This document shows, one piece after another, positions 10,297-19,663 of a DNA stretch of 64,000 nucleotides. Source of the stretch: Dehalococcoidia bacterium (lineage in GTDB: Bacteria > Chloroflexota > Dehalococcoidia > Lucifugimonadales > UBA2962); NCBI GenBank assembly GCA_965250195.1, contig OZ252295.1, positions 1,818,887-1,882,886 of the forward strand. The letters are read 5' to 3'. Position numbers and translations under genes: made by a program. Under the pieces are notes generated by a model. That model saw only the letters and a program-made list of their open reading frames with translations, ran no database searches and was not told where the DNA came from. Within the stretch, counting starts at the first letter, position 1. Each line of letters begins with the position of its first letter.

Positions 10297-11265
10297 ATGC
10301 CCGCCGTTACCGTAGACGACGTACTGGTGCTGCCCCGAGTCCCCAGACCTGAGGATTCGAGGGAACGACCCGTAAAGAGCGTGACCACCACCCCCAGCGC
10401 GTTCGAGGGTGAGGGCTTTCCCGTCAGGCGGGCCTTCGCCGGGCTCGATCAGTCTGACGTCGATCCGTTCATCATGATGGACCAGATGGGCGAGGTGGAG
10501 TACCGGCCGGGCGAGGCCAAGGGCACGGCGTGGCACCCGCACCGTGGCTTCGAAACCGTCACCTACATCATCGACGGCACCTTTCAGCACCAGGACTCCC
10601 ACGGCGGCGGCGGCATCATCGCCGACGGCGATACCCAGTGGATGACCGCCGGTGGTGGCGTCCTGCACATCGAAGCGTCCATCGAGCAGCTGGTCGTTAG
10701 CGGCGGGACCGTGCACGGCGTCCAGTTATGGGTCAACCTGCCCGGCGCCAAGAAGTGGTCTTCGCCCCGCTACCAGGACATCCGCGGCGGCAACCTGAGC
10801 CTGCTCACGTCCCACGACGGCGGCGCGCTCATTCGCGTAATCGCGGGCGATCTGGCCGGACACGAGGGCCCCGGCATCACACATACGCCAATAACCATGA
10901 TCCACGCGACCGTGTCTCCGAGCGCCCGACTGGAGCTGCCCTGGCGCTCCGACTTCAACGCACTCGCCTACGTTCTAGAAGGCAACGGCTCCGTCGGGTC
11001 AGAGGCCCGGCCCATCACTCCGGGCCAGGCAGCGCTCTTCGGCAGCGGAGACTCGCTGGTGATCGGAGCAAGTGAACAGCGAGACAGTCGCACGCCGAAT
11101 TTAGAAATTCTGGTGCTTGGCGGGCAGCCAATCGGTGAGCCGGTCGCCTGGTACGGGCCGTTCGTCATGAACACCAGGGAAGAGCTGATACAGGCCTTCG
11201 AAGACTACCAGGCGGGCAAGATGGGCGCGGTGCCCGTCGATCAGCTACCCCACGCCGGCCAATAA
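10297..11265 (+). CDS. pirin family protein (bicupin)
   Basis: 322 aa. HPHRGFETVTYIIDG metal-binding motif, typical pirin length. SD aggaga lies upstream. Confidence 0.9.
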   Translation: MPAVTVDDVLVLPRVPRPEDSRERPVKSVTTTPSAFEGEGFPVRRAFAGLDQSDVDPFIMMDQMGEVEYRPGEAKGTAWHPHRGFETVTYIIDGTFQHQDSHGGGGIIADGDTQWMTAGGGVLHIEASIEQLVVSGGTVHGVQLWVNLPGAKKWSSPRYQDIRGGNLSLLTSHDGGALIRVIAGDLAGHEGPGITHTPITMIHATVSPSARLELPWRSDFNALAYVLEGNGSVGSEARPITPGQAALFGSGDSLVIGASEQRDSRTPNLEILVLGGQPIGEPVAWYGPFVMNTREELIQAFEDYQAGKMGAVPVDQLPHAGQ

Positions 11266-11304
11266 GCTACTCGGAGGCGCCAGCCTCACTGGGACAGGGG
11301 CCGC

Positions 11305-12531
11305 CTATTCGGTCCCGTAAATCTCCGTCGTCGCCAGCATCCCGTCCTTGCTCGTGCCGCCCATAATCACCGTGCGGCCATCGTCCAGGCGGAAGGCGTT
11401 GTGCCGGTAGCGGCCAGTACCCAGCGTTTCGCCGGCCAGCCAGGTGTTGGTCGTCGGGTCGAAAATCTCACTGGTCACCAGGTAGCCTGTGCCTCCAGTG
11501 ATCAGCACCGTGCCGTTGGCCAGCAGTGTGGCCGCGTGCTCGCTGCGCGGGTCGACCGTCTCGCCTGCCAGCGACCATGAGTCGAGAGCCGGGTCGTAGA
11601 TCTCAGCAATCTTGATTTTTCCCTTGCCGCCCACCACCAGCACCCGACCGTCTTCGAGCACCGTTGCCGTGTGGAAAGCTCGGCCCTTCGTCAACGGTGC
11701 GCTGAGAGTCCACGAGTCGGTTTCGGCATCGTAAATCTCCGTGGGCTTCAGGTACGGGCCGTCCGTCTTGCCGCCGCCGACCACCAGCACCCGGCCGTCA
11801 GGAAGCGTGGTGGCCGTGTGGTTGGCCCGTTTCTCGGCCATAGGAGCCAGCTCCGTCCAGGTCTCGGTTGTCGGATCATAAGCCTCGGTTTCGGCAGTAA
11901 GAGAGATGAGCAGGCCGTTCTCGTCCTTGCTTGTCCCGCCGATCATCATGAACCGGCCGTCCCGCAGAATCGCCGTACCCATCAGGTCATGCGGGCGATT
12001 CATCTCCGGACCGAACGTCCAAACGCCGGTTGCCTCGTCCCAGAACTCTGACGATGCGAGGGGCTCGCGCTGCCCGCTCAGGCCGCCGACGACCATAACC
12101 CGTCCGTCGGGAAGCGCGAGAAGGCCGGGTGAGCGGCGCTGCTCATTCATATCTCCTGTAAAACTCCACTCGGTAGAAGCGGGGTCGAACAGCTCGGCCG
12201 TCTCGTTGTAGTTGCCGCTCTGTGCCTGCAGGCCGATGGCGCGGCCGCCCACCGACATGAGCCGCCCGTCGCTCAGCGTTATCGTCGTGAAGCGCTCTCG
12301 CCGTGACTTCATGTCCGGGCCTTTTTCGAAACTTCCGGAAGCGAGCCGGGGCGAGGCCAGGGCGTCGCTAGGCTCGTCCGAGTCCACCTGTACAGACCCC
12401 GACTCCGAGCCACACGCCGCGAGTACGGCGAGGGTCACGACCAGGAGCGAAGCCAGTGCCACGCGGGTGGTGGCCAACGAACGGACCAGCAGAGCCCAAT
12501 TGCCCTGCCGGTCGTAAAGCAGCGAACTCAA
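11305..12531 (-). CDS. Kelch-repeat lipoprotein, third paralog, lacks the C-terminal domain
   Basis: 408 aa. Lipobox LAACGS. DGR(V/F)(M/L)V.GG repeats. The true start may be the in-frame TTG at 12477 (MATTRVALASLL...). Confidence 0.8.
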   Translation of the reverse strand: MSSLLYDRQGNWALLVRSLATTRVALASLLVVTLAVLAACGSESGSVQVDSDEPSDALASPRLASGSFEKGPDMKSRRERFTTITLSDGRLMSVGGRAIGLQAQSGNYNETAELFDPASTEWSFTGDMNEQRRSPGLLALPDGRVMVVGGLSGQREPLASSEFWDEATGVWTFGPEMNRPHDLMGTAILRDGRFMMIGGTSKDENGLLISLTAETEAYDPTTETWTELAPMAEKRANHTATTLPDGRVLVVGGGKTDGPYLKPTEIYDAETDSWTLSAPLTKGRAFHTATVLEDGRVLVVGGKGKIKIAEIYDPALDSWSLAGETVDPRSEHAATLLANGTVLITGGTGYLVTSEIFDPTTNTWLAGETLGTGRYRHNAFRLDDGRTVIMGGTSKDGMLATTEIYGTE

Positions 12532-12541
12532 GTCGAGTCCG

Positions 12542-12832
12542 TTATCCCATCGCCGCCATCGCCTTTTGCAGGTCCTCCTGCACCATGGCAGGGTAAAAAT
12601 TGACGGTGCCGCCGAAGGCCTGCCACCAGGACTCGGCTATAGAAGGCAGCTCACTGGCGTCGTCGATGTTGACGACCAGCAACTGGGTGCGGACGCCATC
12701 TTCTTCGTAGAAGTAGACGGCCTCCGGCTTTTGCGCTTCCAAAATCCCCTCGATCGTCGCACCAACAGTGCCGCTGGCGATTGCCGCGTTACCAATCTGC
12801 GTGTCCATCGTTGTCTTGACCAAAAAACGCAT
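12542..12832 (-). CDS. small hypothetical cytoplasmic protein (96 aa)
   Basis: Clean ORF with a protein-like, non-Arg/Pro-rich composition. Its stop lies 11 nt upstream of the Kelch gene start. No family assigned. Confidence 0.6.
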   Translation of the reverse strand: MRFLVKTTMDTQIGNAAIASGTVGATIEGILEAQKPEAVYFYEEDGVRTQLLVVNIDDASELPSIAESWWQAFGGTVNFYPAMVQEDLQKAMAAMG

Positions 12833-13041
12833 AGCTCTCTCCTCGTGTGTCTTGGTACGGCCAGGCTCACATATGGCCTAGCGTTGCGTGGCCGGAGTCT
12901 ACATGCGCGAGATTGCCACAGCAACCAAACCGTCGTGTCTGGCTCAAGGGCGGCTGTAAATAGCCGGGCAGACCGGATGATGCGATACAATCGCGCCGGT
13001 CCAGCCCGGTCAGCAGCCTGGCGAAAAGGAGATTTCGGCCT

Positions 13042-13583
13042 TTGAAGCGAACACTGATCGGCATGTTTCTTCTGGCGGCCGTCCCGGCCCTTTCGGCTGC
13101 CGCTGCCGCGTGTGGTGGAGACCCCGAGCCCATCGCCACGCCCGTCGTTATTCAGGCCACGTCCACTCCGGAACCCGCGCCCACTCCATCTCCTACGCCT
13201 AAGCCCGTGCCGCCGACGCCGGGGGCACTGGAGATGCTCCTGAGGACGGGGATGCGGCCGAAACCGGGCAGGCGTCCGAGGCGACCGACCCTTCGTCTCT
13301 CGTAGGGGAGTGGGACGGCACAATCCTGGCGATGGGCCTGCAAATCAACTTCATCGTCAGCTTCGTCATGGACGGCGACGTGCTCACCGGCTCCGTCAGC
13401 GTGCCGGGGCAGGGCATCGAAGGGGCCTCGCTCGGCCCGGTCAATTTGAGCCAGGGTTCCATCAGCTTCACCGACCCCGATAGCGGCGTCACCTTCGACG
13501 GCGAGTTCGACGGGACTCAGATCAAAGGCACGTTCCAGAACCAGGGACTGACCTTTGGTTTCACCATGACCAGGGCCGAATAG
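13042..13583 (+). pseudogene. lipoprotein gene split by a frameshift in a G5 run (or an assembly error)
   Basis: ORF 13042..13305 carries a signal peptide, lipobox AACGG and a PT-rich linker. ORF 13332..13583 is open in the +2 frame from 13203. One extra G in GGGGG (13221-13225) fuses them: ...PTPGGTGDAPEDGDAAETGQASEATDPSSLVGEWDGTILAMGLQ... Confidence 0.55.
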
Positions 13584-14452
13584 TGCTCGCCGAAGTAAAC
13601 GGCACCCGCATCTTTTACGAAACCATCGGCTCGGGTCGGCCGGTCTACGTGCTGCACGGCGGGCTGGGCTACGACCACAGCTATTTTCGACCTTGGTTCG
13701 ACCCCTGGGCCGAGCGTTTCAAAGTCGTGTTTTACGATCATCGCGGCTGCGGCCGGTCTGACCGTCCCGGGACAATGGCCGACGTCACTCACGAGACTTG
13801 GATCGACGACCTGGACGCGCTCAGGGCCCATCTCGGTGACGAGAGCTTCGTAATATCAGGCAACTCCTACGGCGGCGTGCTGGCGCAGGAGTATGCACTG
13901 AAGTACCCGGAGCGCCTCGACGGCATGGTGCTCATCACTTCGTTACCCGCATTCGACTACCAGGACCTCATCAACGAGAGGGCTCGGAGGCGAGGAACGC
14001 CCGAGCAGGTGCATGCGGTCGAGAACGAGTTCGCCCGCGGCACCGGCACCGACGAAAACCTAAAGCGCCTCGCCGAAATCGTCTTGCCGCTCTACTTCCA
14101 CAGATACGATCCCGAGATCGGTCGGCAGATCGGCGAGCGCATGATCTACAGTGCCATGGCCTGGGACCGGGGTTTTGACGATCCACTGCCGACGTGGTCA
14201 GTGGTCGATCAGTTGCACGAAATACAGACGCCGACGTTAATGGCGGCGGGGGCCGACGACTGGGTCGCGCCGATCGAAGTGGGCTCCCAGCGCATACACG
14301 ACGGCCTGCCCAATTCCAAGATGCTTACCTTCGAGCACAGCGGCCATTTCCCCTTTATCGAAGAGCAGGGCCGATTCTTCACCGAGGTCGGCGACTGGAT
14401 AGCCGCACTCCCTCCGGTTAGCTGGGTGCAAAGCGACGCCGTTGCACTGTAG
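13583..14452 (+). CDS. alpha/beta hydrolase (proline-iminopeptidase-like)
   Basis: 289 aa. VNGTRIFYE...HGGLG oxyanion region and GNSYGG nucleophile elbow. Paralog of 22022..22855 and 22952..23785. Confidence 0.85.
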   Translation: MLAEVNGTRIFYETIGSGRPVYVLHGGLGYDHSYFRPWFDPWAERFKVVFYDHRGCGRSDRPGTMADVTHETWIDDLDALRAHLGDESFVISGNSYGGVLAQEYALKYPERLDGMVLITSLPAFDYQDLINERARRRGTPEQVHAVENEFARGTGTDENLKRLAEIVLPLYFHRYDPEIGRQIGERMIYSAMAWDRGFDDPLPTWSVVDQLHEIQTPTLMAAGADDWVAPIEVGSQRIHDGLPNSKMLTFEHSGHFPFIEEQGRFFTEVGDWIAALPPVSWVQSDAVAL

Positions 14453-14507
14453 AGCTTGCGGTCACGACTCGCCCGATGGCGCGGCTTTGTGCGTCAACTG
14501 CGGCGCC

Positions 14508-15647
14508 TCAAGTGTCCGTGGAGCCGGTTTCTCCGTCGCCTGGGGCGACTGCTTCATCACCGTCTGATTGTTCCGATTCGGGCCCACCCGGTTCGTCTGG
14601 AGGTCCGGGTGGTTCACCCGGTTTCGAATACGGTGGCCCCGACTCTGTCAGGCCTAGCTCGGCGGCAAGCACCTCGCTAGTGAACGTGCCGGGAGCCGCG
14701 GTCCTGGCTCTGAGGTCCAGATAAAGGACCGTTATCAGAATGATCGACGGCGGCACCAACAACGTCCCGGCCACGATATCGCCGATGACAGGGATCAGGC
14801 CGACCGTGAATTGCAACACTGTCCCGGCCACAAGATAGAACGCCACCAGCACCAGCACGTACCCGGCGACCATCCACCAGTTGCCCCTGGTCATCCGGAG
14901 GCTCTCGTTGATCGACTCGGACGGCCCGGTTCGCCGGACAAGCGCAACTATTGGGGCGAACAGCAGCCGGACCGCCAGGTAGACACCGGCGATCACACCC
15001 AGCACCAGGGCTGGGCCGCCGATCACCATCATCAGTGCGATCGTCACGAATACCACGACCACGACAATCAGCGAGATCACGAGCGTGGTCAGCGCCAGGG
15101 GCAGGAGCCTGTCGAACGCGCGCCTCATGCTCACTGCGAGAGGCACTCTCACGTTCAATCGTGACTCCAATACCACCCATGTCATGGCCGCCTCAGAGAC
15201 GGCGAACGCCACCCAGATGAAGATCGCCGCTATCACCGCCGCCGCCCAATTGACCTCCAGGTCAGCCAGGTTGTCGAAGACACTCGAAGCCGGCTCGGAC
15301 GACTCCTCCGCGACGACGTCTCCCAGCAGGTTCCCCGGGTCCCCTACGTCACCTACGTCCCGTAGGTCGCCCTGATCCTCAAGGTCAACGAATATCTCCG
15401 CATTGCGTTCGACCGTCTCGACGAACCCTGCTTCCCTTGTTTCTCCTGCCGTGTCGCCCGACGAGCCTTCGAACACCAACGCTTCTCCCGCCAGCGATCC
15501 CACAAGAAACACCACGGCCTGGGCGACGAACGCGATTGCGATGAGGCGCCACGCATTGCGCCGGTAGATGTCAACCACAACGTCGATGGTCTTGCGGAAC
15601 AGGAGCGGCCTGAATATCGAGTCGTCAGGCTCGTGGGGTTCGATCAA
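14508..15647 (-). CDS. polytopic membrane protein with acidic/Pro-rich C-terminal tail
   Basis: 379 aa with several hydrophobic helices. TTG start overlaps the upstream PTE stop (TTGA). Confidence 0.7.
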   Translation of the reverse strand: MIEPHEPDDSIFRPLLFRKTIDVVVDIYRRNAWRLIAIAFVAQAVVFLVGSLAGEALVFEGSSGDTAGETREAGFVETVERNAEIFVDLEDQGDLRDVGDVGDPGNLLGDVVAEESSEPASSVFDNLADLEVNWAAAVIAAIFIWVAFAVSEAAMTWVVLESRLNVRVPLAVSMRRAFDRLLPLALTTLVISLIVVVVVFVTIALMMVIGGPALVLGVIAGVYLAVRLLFAPIVALVRRTGPSESINESLRMTRGNWWMVAGYVLVLVAFYLVAGTVLQFTVGLIPVIGDIVAGTLLVPPSIILITVLYLDLRARTAAPGTFTSEVLAAELGLTESGPPYSKPGEPPGPPDEPGGPESEQSDGDEAVAPGDGETGSTDT

Positions 15648-16594
15648 GCGAGGAACCGCCGGGGATTGTCCACCGTCAGCGTCGTTATCTGCGCCTCAGA
15701 CGCACCCAGCTCCCTCAGCCGGGGAAGTACGCGTAGGGGTATGAAGCTGTAACCGTCCGGGTTGCCCGCCTGCAGGTCCGACATCTGGTCGGATGTGAAC
15801 ACACCGACCGAGATCCAAAAATCGTGGCTCAGTAATAACTGCCGCTCGTACCCGGCTTCGACGAGCTTCCAAATCGTCTCCATACGCGTGGCCGCGTCGG
15901 GCGTGCCCTCCCGGTGGCCGTAGTTCGCCATGTGATCCAATCCCAGCCAGACGCCCCTTTTCAGCAGCGAGATCAGGTACGGGATATCGTCTGTGTCGTC
16001 GCTGTGGCCGATGCACACCTTTCCGGGGTCCACGCCCTCCCTCTCGAACACCTCCACCTGCATCTCGCCCGTTCGGCCCGGCGCCCAGGTATGCGTCGAA
16101 ATCGGCGTGCCAGTGGCCAGGCTTGCCAGAGCCGCCGCTTTCAGCGACAGCTCGGCCCCCGGCGTCAGCCCCTCCGAGTCGGTTGACGCCTTTATCAGTG
16201 CCGGTTTTACCCCCGTGCCCTCGATCCCGTCCTCAATCTCCCGCACGAAAAGCCGTGCCACGCGCTCTGCTCCCGTCGTCAAAAATGTCCTTGGCACGTC
16301 CAGCCAGGTGCCGGTTGAGCAGGCGATGTTCACCCCCGATTCTTTCGACACCCGTTGGAGGAGCCTTACGTCTCGCCCGATGTCGAACGTCGTCAGGTCC
16401 ACGATCGTTTCGACCCCCTGCTCGCGAACGCGTTTGAGCGCCGTCACGGCCCGCCCGGCCACCTCTTTCGTGTCAACGAGATCCGGGTACGTATGGGGAA
16501 TGCCGCCCGAGGTCTCCATCACGTGCTCGTGGGGCAACGTGAACCCGAGCGATTCGGCGTCTACGGGGCCGAGAACGGTCTCAATAGTGGCCAT
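15644..16594 (-). CDS. phosphotriesterase-family hydrolase, Lys-type (PTE/lactonase-like)
   Basis: 316 aa. GFTLPHEHVM HxH motif. GVKPALIKAST, with Lys at the metal-bridging position. HSDD and GLDH motifs. Confidence 0.9.
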   Translation of the reverse strand: MATIETVLGPVDAESLGFTLPHEHVMETSGGIPHTYPDLVDTKEVAGRAVTALKRVREQGVETIVDLTTFDIGRDVRLLQRVSKESGVNIACSTGTWLDVPRTFLTTGAERVARLFVREIEDGIEGTGVKPALIKASTDSEGLTPGAELSLKAAALASLATGTPISTHTWAPGRTGEMQVEVFEREGVDPGKVCIGHSDDTDDIPYLISLLKRGVWLGLDHMANYGHREGTPDAATRMETIWKLVEAGYERQLLLSHDFWISVGVFTSDQMSDLQAGNPDGYSFIPLRVLPRLRELGASEAQITTLTVDNPRRFLA

Positions 16595-17351
16595 CTGTGT
16601 TTCCTCCTGTTAGGTCGGTCAGGCAAATCAGCTGGTAAATGCCCCAGGCGAACGGGACGTAACCCAGGTACCCGAGTACGGGCATCTCGAAAATCATCGC
16701 ATAGCCGAGATATGGGATGTCGTAAACCCACTTCGGTGCCGCCCAGAAGTTCCACATCTCCCAAAGCGCCCCGCACAAAAGCCCTGCGAAAGCGACGGCC
16801 ACTAGCGTTTGCCACCGGCCTGCGGCGACTTGTGCAACCAGGCTCTGGCCCCGTACGAAGCCGACGGCCGCGTCCAGAATCAAAAACGGCCCCACCCAGA
16901 CCAGGGGGAAGAACATATCCGGCAGGGCAAACACCAGGCCCGTCGCCGTCAGCCCGGCGGCGGCTTCGACTCTGAGCAGGCCGTATCCGAACGTCGTGGC
17001 CGGGCCCGATTCGGGCCCCGGCATCCTCCCGATCAACGCCCGCCCAACCATCAGCCGCGAGGCTGCGTCCAGCGCCGGAATCACGGTCGAGAACGCTATC
17101 GAGGCGAATACGGCGTACTCGACGTCGTTGTAGGGGTGAGTCAGCAGGTACTCCCAGTTGTCGACCCGCGTGTTGACCGCCTCGAACCACCACCACACCG
17201 GCACCGACGCCAGCGCCAGTGCCGCGTGGCGACGCCAGCCCGGATGGCCGCCCGGTCCGGCGGCGTACATGAGCAGCGCAGCACCGAACCAGAGCCCGGT
17301 GAAAAACAGGGGACTCCAGTAGCTGCTCACCGACCACAGCAGGGCCAGCAC
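16581..17351 (-). CDS. polytopic membrane protein, unknown family; start uncertain
   Basis: The ORF-track version (to 17666) overlaps the upstream gene and has an Arg-rich N-terminus. The hydrophobic part begins at in-frame GTG 17351 (VLALLWSVSSYW...). An SD-preceded ATG at 17389 lies in another frame. The stop overlaps the PTE start by 14 nt. Confidence 0.6.
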   Translation of the reverse strand: MLALLWSVSSYWSPLFFTGLWFGAALLMYAAGPGGHPGWRRHAALALASVPVWWWFEAVNTRVDNWEYLLTHPYNDVEYAVFASIAFSTVIPALDAASRLMVGRALIGRMPGPESGPATTFGYGLLRVEAAAGLTATGLVFALPDMFFPLVWVGPFLILDAAVGFVRGQSLVAQVAAGRWQTLVAVAFAGLLCGALWEMWNFWAAPKWVYDIPYLGYAMIFEMPVLGYLGYVPFAWGIYQLICLTDLTGGNTDGHY

Positions 17352-17449
17352 GTCCCAAGCAACGCGGCCGCAACCAGGACCAGCGCCATCGCCTTTCGGT
17401 CGGTGGCCCGCACCGTGGCAATCGAAACTTGAATGGCCCGGCGGCCCCT

Positions 17450-18532
17450 CTAGCCGTGCCGCTCGCGCAAAATGGCTGCCGCCTCCGCCTCTCGCGTGAG
17501 CTTGAGGTAGCACTCGTCCAGCGGAATGTTGTGCCGGATGTCCGGTGCGAATCCGCAGTCCGGGTTCAGACTGAGCCGGTCGCCGTCCACATACTTCATG
17601 GCCTCTTCGACGCGGCCGACAATGTCGTCGGCGGTGGGAATTGCCTCTGAGCGCGGGTCCAGGCACCCTAGCCCCACCAGCTTGTCTTCGGGAAGCTCCT
17701 TGAGGATCGACACACTCCCGGTCACCGGAATGGAGAACTCCATCACGAACTGGTCCACGTCAATCTTCCCCAGCGTCTCGATAATCGGCTCGTAGCCGCC
17801 CTCCCAGTGCCAGCCCCGGTTCAGCGAGTTCCACCGGCACATGTGCATGCTCAGCCGCACGTCGTCTATGCCGGAGACCATCTCGTTAATCTTGGCCGCG
17901 CCTAGGTCCAGGTCGTATTGCCGGTCGCCGTAGACGGGGTCCTTATTCGGGTCCAGCAGTGATGCCATGTCGGGCTCGTCAATCTGAATCACGTCCACCC
18001 CGGCATTGCGCAGGGCCACTATCTCGTCGTGCAGAATCGGCACCAGCGCGTCAACGAAATCCTCCCGCTTCGGGTAGGCCTTCGTCGAGTAGTCCGGGTC
18101 CCAGAGGCGCGCGCCCAGGATGTACGGCGAGGGGATGCAGACCTTCGTCCCCAGGTCGGTGCTCGCGACGAGAAACCTGGCCTCTTCTGCCGCCAGACCC
18201 GGCTTCACCACCCTCAATGGTTCTGCAACAAATATGCCGAACCGCACTCCGGGTCTGGGGTCGACCGCGAAGCCCTCGCAAACGTCCGCGATCACGTGGG
18301 TGTAGGCGTGTCGTCGCCACTCCCCGTCGCTGACCAGGTCGATGCCGGCCGACTCCTGTAGTGCGATGGCGTAGCCTACGGCGGCGTCCATCCGCGGTGT
18401 GCGGGCGGCCTCGGCCGACGCCGGGCCTGGGCTGGACGGCAGCATGTCGCGCACCGGTGCCGTGCGGGGGAGGCTTCCCACCACACCGGCGGCGAATTTC
18501 TTGTTCAGCTTGCTACTAATAGTGCCGGGCAT
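17450..18532 (-). CDS. MetE C-terminal-domain-like (cobalamin-independent methionine synthase family) methyltransferase
   Basis: HMCRWN, EFS and NPDCGF Zn-ligand-like motifs. Start moved to ATG 18532 (MPGTISSKL...), which follows gagcggagaac. The ORF-track start 18571 lies inside the leader element. Confidence 0.8.
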   Translation of the reverse strand: MPGTISSKLNKKFAAGVVGSLPRTAPVRDMLPSSPGPASAEAARTPRMDAAVGYAIALQESAGIDLVSDGEWRRHAYTHVIADVCEGFAVDPRPGVRFGIFVAEPLRVVKPGLAAEEARFLVASTDLGTKVCIPSPYILGARLWDPDYSTKAYPKREDFVDALVPILHDEIVALRNAGVDVIQIDEPDMASLLDPNKDPVYGDRQYDLDLGAAKINEMVSGIDDVRLSMHMCRWNSLNRGWHWEGGYEPIIETLGKIDVDQFVMEFSIPVTGSVSILKELPEDKLVGLGCLDPRSEAIPTADDIVGRVEEAMKYVDGDRLSLNPDCGFAPDIRHNIPLDECYLKLTREAEAAAILRERHG

Positions 18533-18539
18533 GGCGAGT

Positions 18540-18596
18540 GTTCTCCGCTCTCTTCGTTCGCTCCATGGCACTTCGGCTCATGGTCTCATCGCTTCT
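18540..18596 (-). repeat. conserved leader element, copy C
   Basis: Sense sequence: agcgatgagaccatgagccgaagtgccatggagcgaacgaagagagcggagaac. About 80% identical to copies A and D. Ends 7 nt before the ATG. Confidence 0.8.
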
Positions 18597-18706
18597 CAGT
18601 GGGCCGCTTCGCTATCTTGATTACGCGTGCATTGAATCATTGCGGGCTCCCCTGCACAATGCGCCCTGGCACTTGGGACTGCCCGCAGGGCAGCAGAGGA
18701 GGCTAG

Positions 18707-19663
18707 ATGACGACGAAAATCATCCTCGATATGGACCCCGGCGTGGACGACGCGTTGGGTATCATCCTCGCTTTGCGCTCGCCTGAGCTTGAAGTCCTTG
18801 CCATCACCACCGTCGCCGGTAACGTCGGTGTCGATCACTGCACCCGCAACACCCTTCGAGTGCTCGCATTGCTGGGCAGGCACGATATCCTCGTGGCTCG
18901 CGGGGCGAGCCGGCCGCTGCGTGCCCGGCCGCACGACGCCGCCTCCGTGCACGGAGGCGGCGGCCTCGGCGCGCTTGGCGACGCCTACTACCCGGCGCTG
19001 GATGAGAGCCTTCTGACACAAGAACCCGCTCCAGAGTTGATCGCACGTCTGGTCGCCGAACACCCCGGCGAAGTTACCGTTTTGTCAGACGGTCCCATCA
19101 CCAATCTCGCTGACGCCATTCGTCGTCACCCGGCACAGATGGCGCGGGCAAAGGCCATCCAGGCGATGAACGGCGCGGTCAACGTGCCCGGTAACATACC
19201 CCCGCTGGGCGCCGCCGAGTTCGACGCCTACTGCGACCCCGACGCCCTGGCCGAGGTGCTCGATTTCACGGTGCCGGTGACTCTCGTGCCATTAGACGTC
19301 ACCCACGCCTTGCCCCTGTATCGCTCCGTCGCTCAGGCAGAATTCGGAAACCGGGACGACGCCGTCTCTCGCTTCATCCTCGACTCGTCCGTACACTACA
19401 TGGACTTCTACCTGCGCGACCAGGGCCACGACGGGTGCTACCTGCACGACCCACTCAACGTCGCAATCGCCATCGACCCGTCGCTGGTGCAGACCGAGGC
19501 CATGCGCATCCACGTAGACGTCTCCGAAGGCCCGGCCAGGGGTTTTACGATTCCCCACAGGCATCCGAGATTGGAAAAACCCGAGCCCAACTGCGAAGTC
19601 GCCCTCACGGTTGATACCGATCGCTTCATGAGTCTGTTCCTCGCCCGTATGAAGTCGGGCTAG
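18707..19663 (+). CDS. nucleoside hydrolase (inosine/uridine-preferring family)
   Basis: 318 aa. N-terminal DMDPGVDDALGI aspartate cluster. SD gaggagg lies upstream. Confidence 0.9.
   Translation: MTTKIILDMDPGVDDALGIILALRSPELEVLAITTVAGNVGVDHCTRNTLRVLALLGRHDILVARGASRPLRARPHDAASVHGGGGLGALGDAYYPALDESLLTQEPAPELIARLVAEHPGEVTVLSDGPITNLADAIRRHPAQMARAKAIQAMNGAVNVPGNIPPLGAAEFDAYCDPDALAEVLDFTVPVTLVPLDVTHALPLYRSVAQAEFGNRDDAVSRFILDSSVHYMDFYLRDQGHDGCYLHDPLNVAIAIDPSLVQTEAMRIHVDVSEGPARGFTIPHRHPRLEKPEPNCEVALTVDTDRFMSLFLARMKSG

Noticed and set aside
12637-13323. Long ORF-track entries lying antisense or out of frame to confident genes. Examples: 12637-13323, 8635-9534, 9042-9902, 16561-17421, 21050-22051, 23018-23905, 45518-46330, 49745-50335, 50638-51459, 51739-52470, 53230-53973, 56849-57793.
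   Set aside because: Their Arg/Pro/Gly/His-rich low-complexity translations are typical of open antisense frames in high-GC DNA. Each overlaps a gene with clear family motifs, and none has its own SD or recognisable domains.
16581-17666. N-terminal extensions of several ORF-track calls. Examples: 16581-17666, 23902-24456, 35506-36366, 43176-44483, 46965-48404, 52843-53673, 53727-54221, 56043-57149, 58095-58514.
   Set aside because: The extensions overlap upstream genes or leader elements and have artefact-like composition. Internal starts with an SD and homolog-like N-termini were used instead.
19660-19663. Convergent overlap of the nucleoside hydrolase and cdd stop codons (CTAG).
   Set aside because: This is a trivial 4-nt overlap of convergent stops, common in compact genomes, with no regulatory implication evident.
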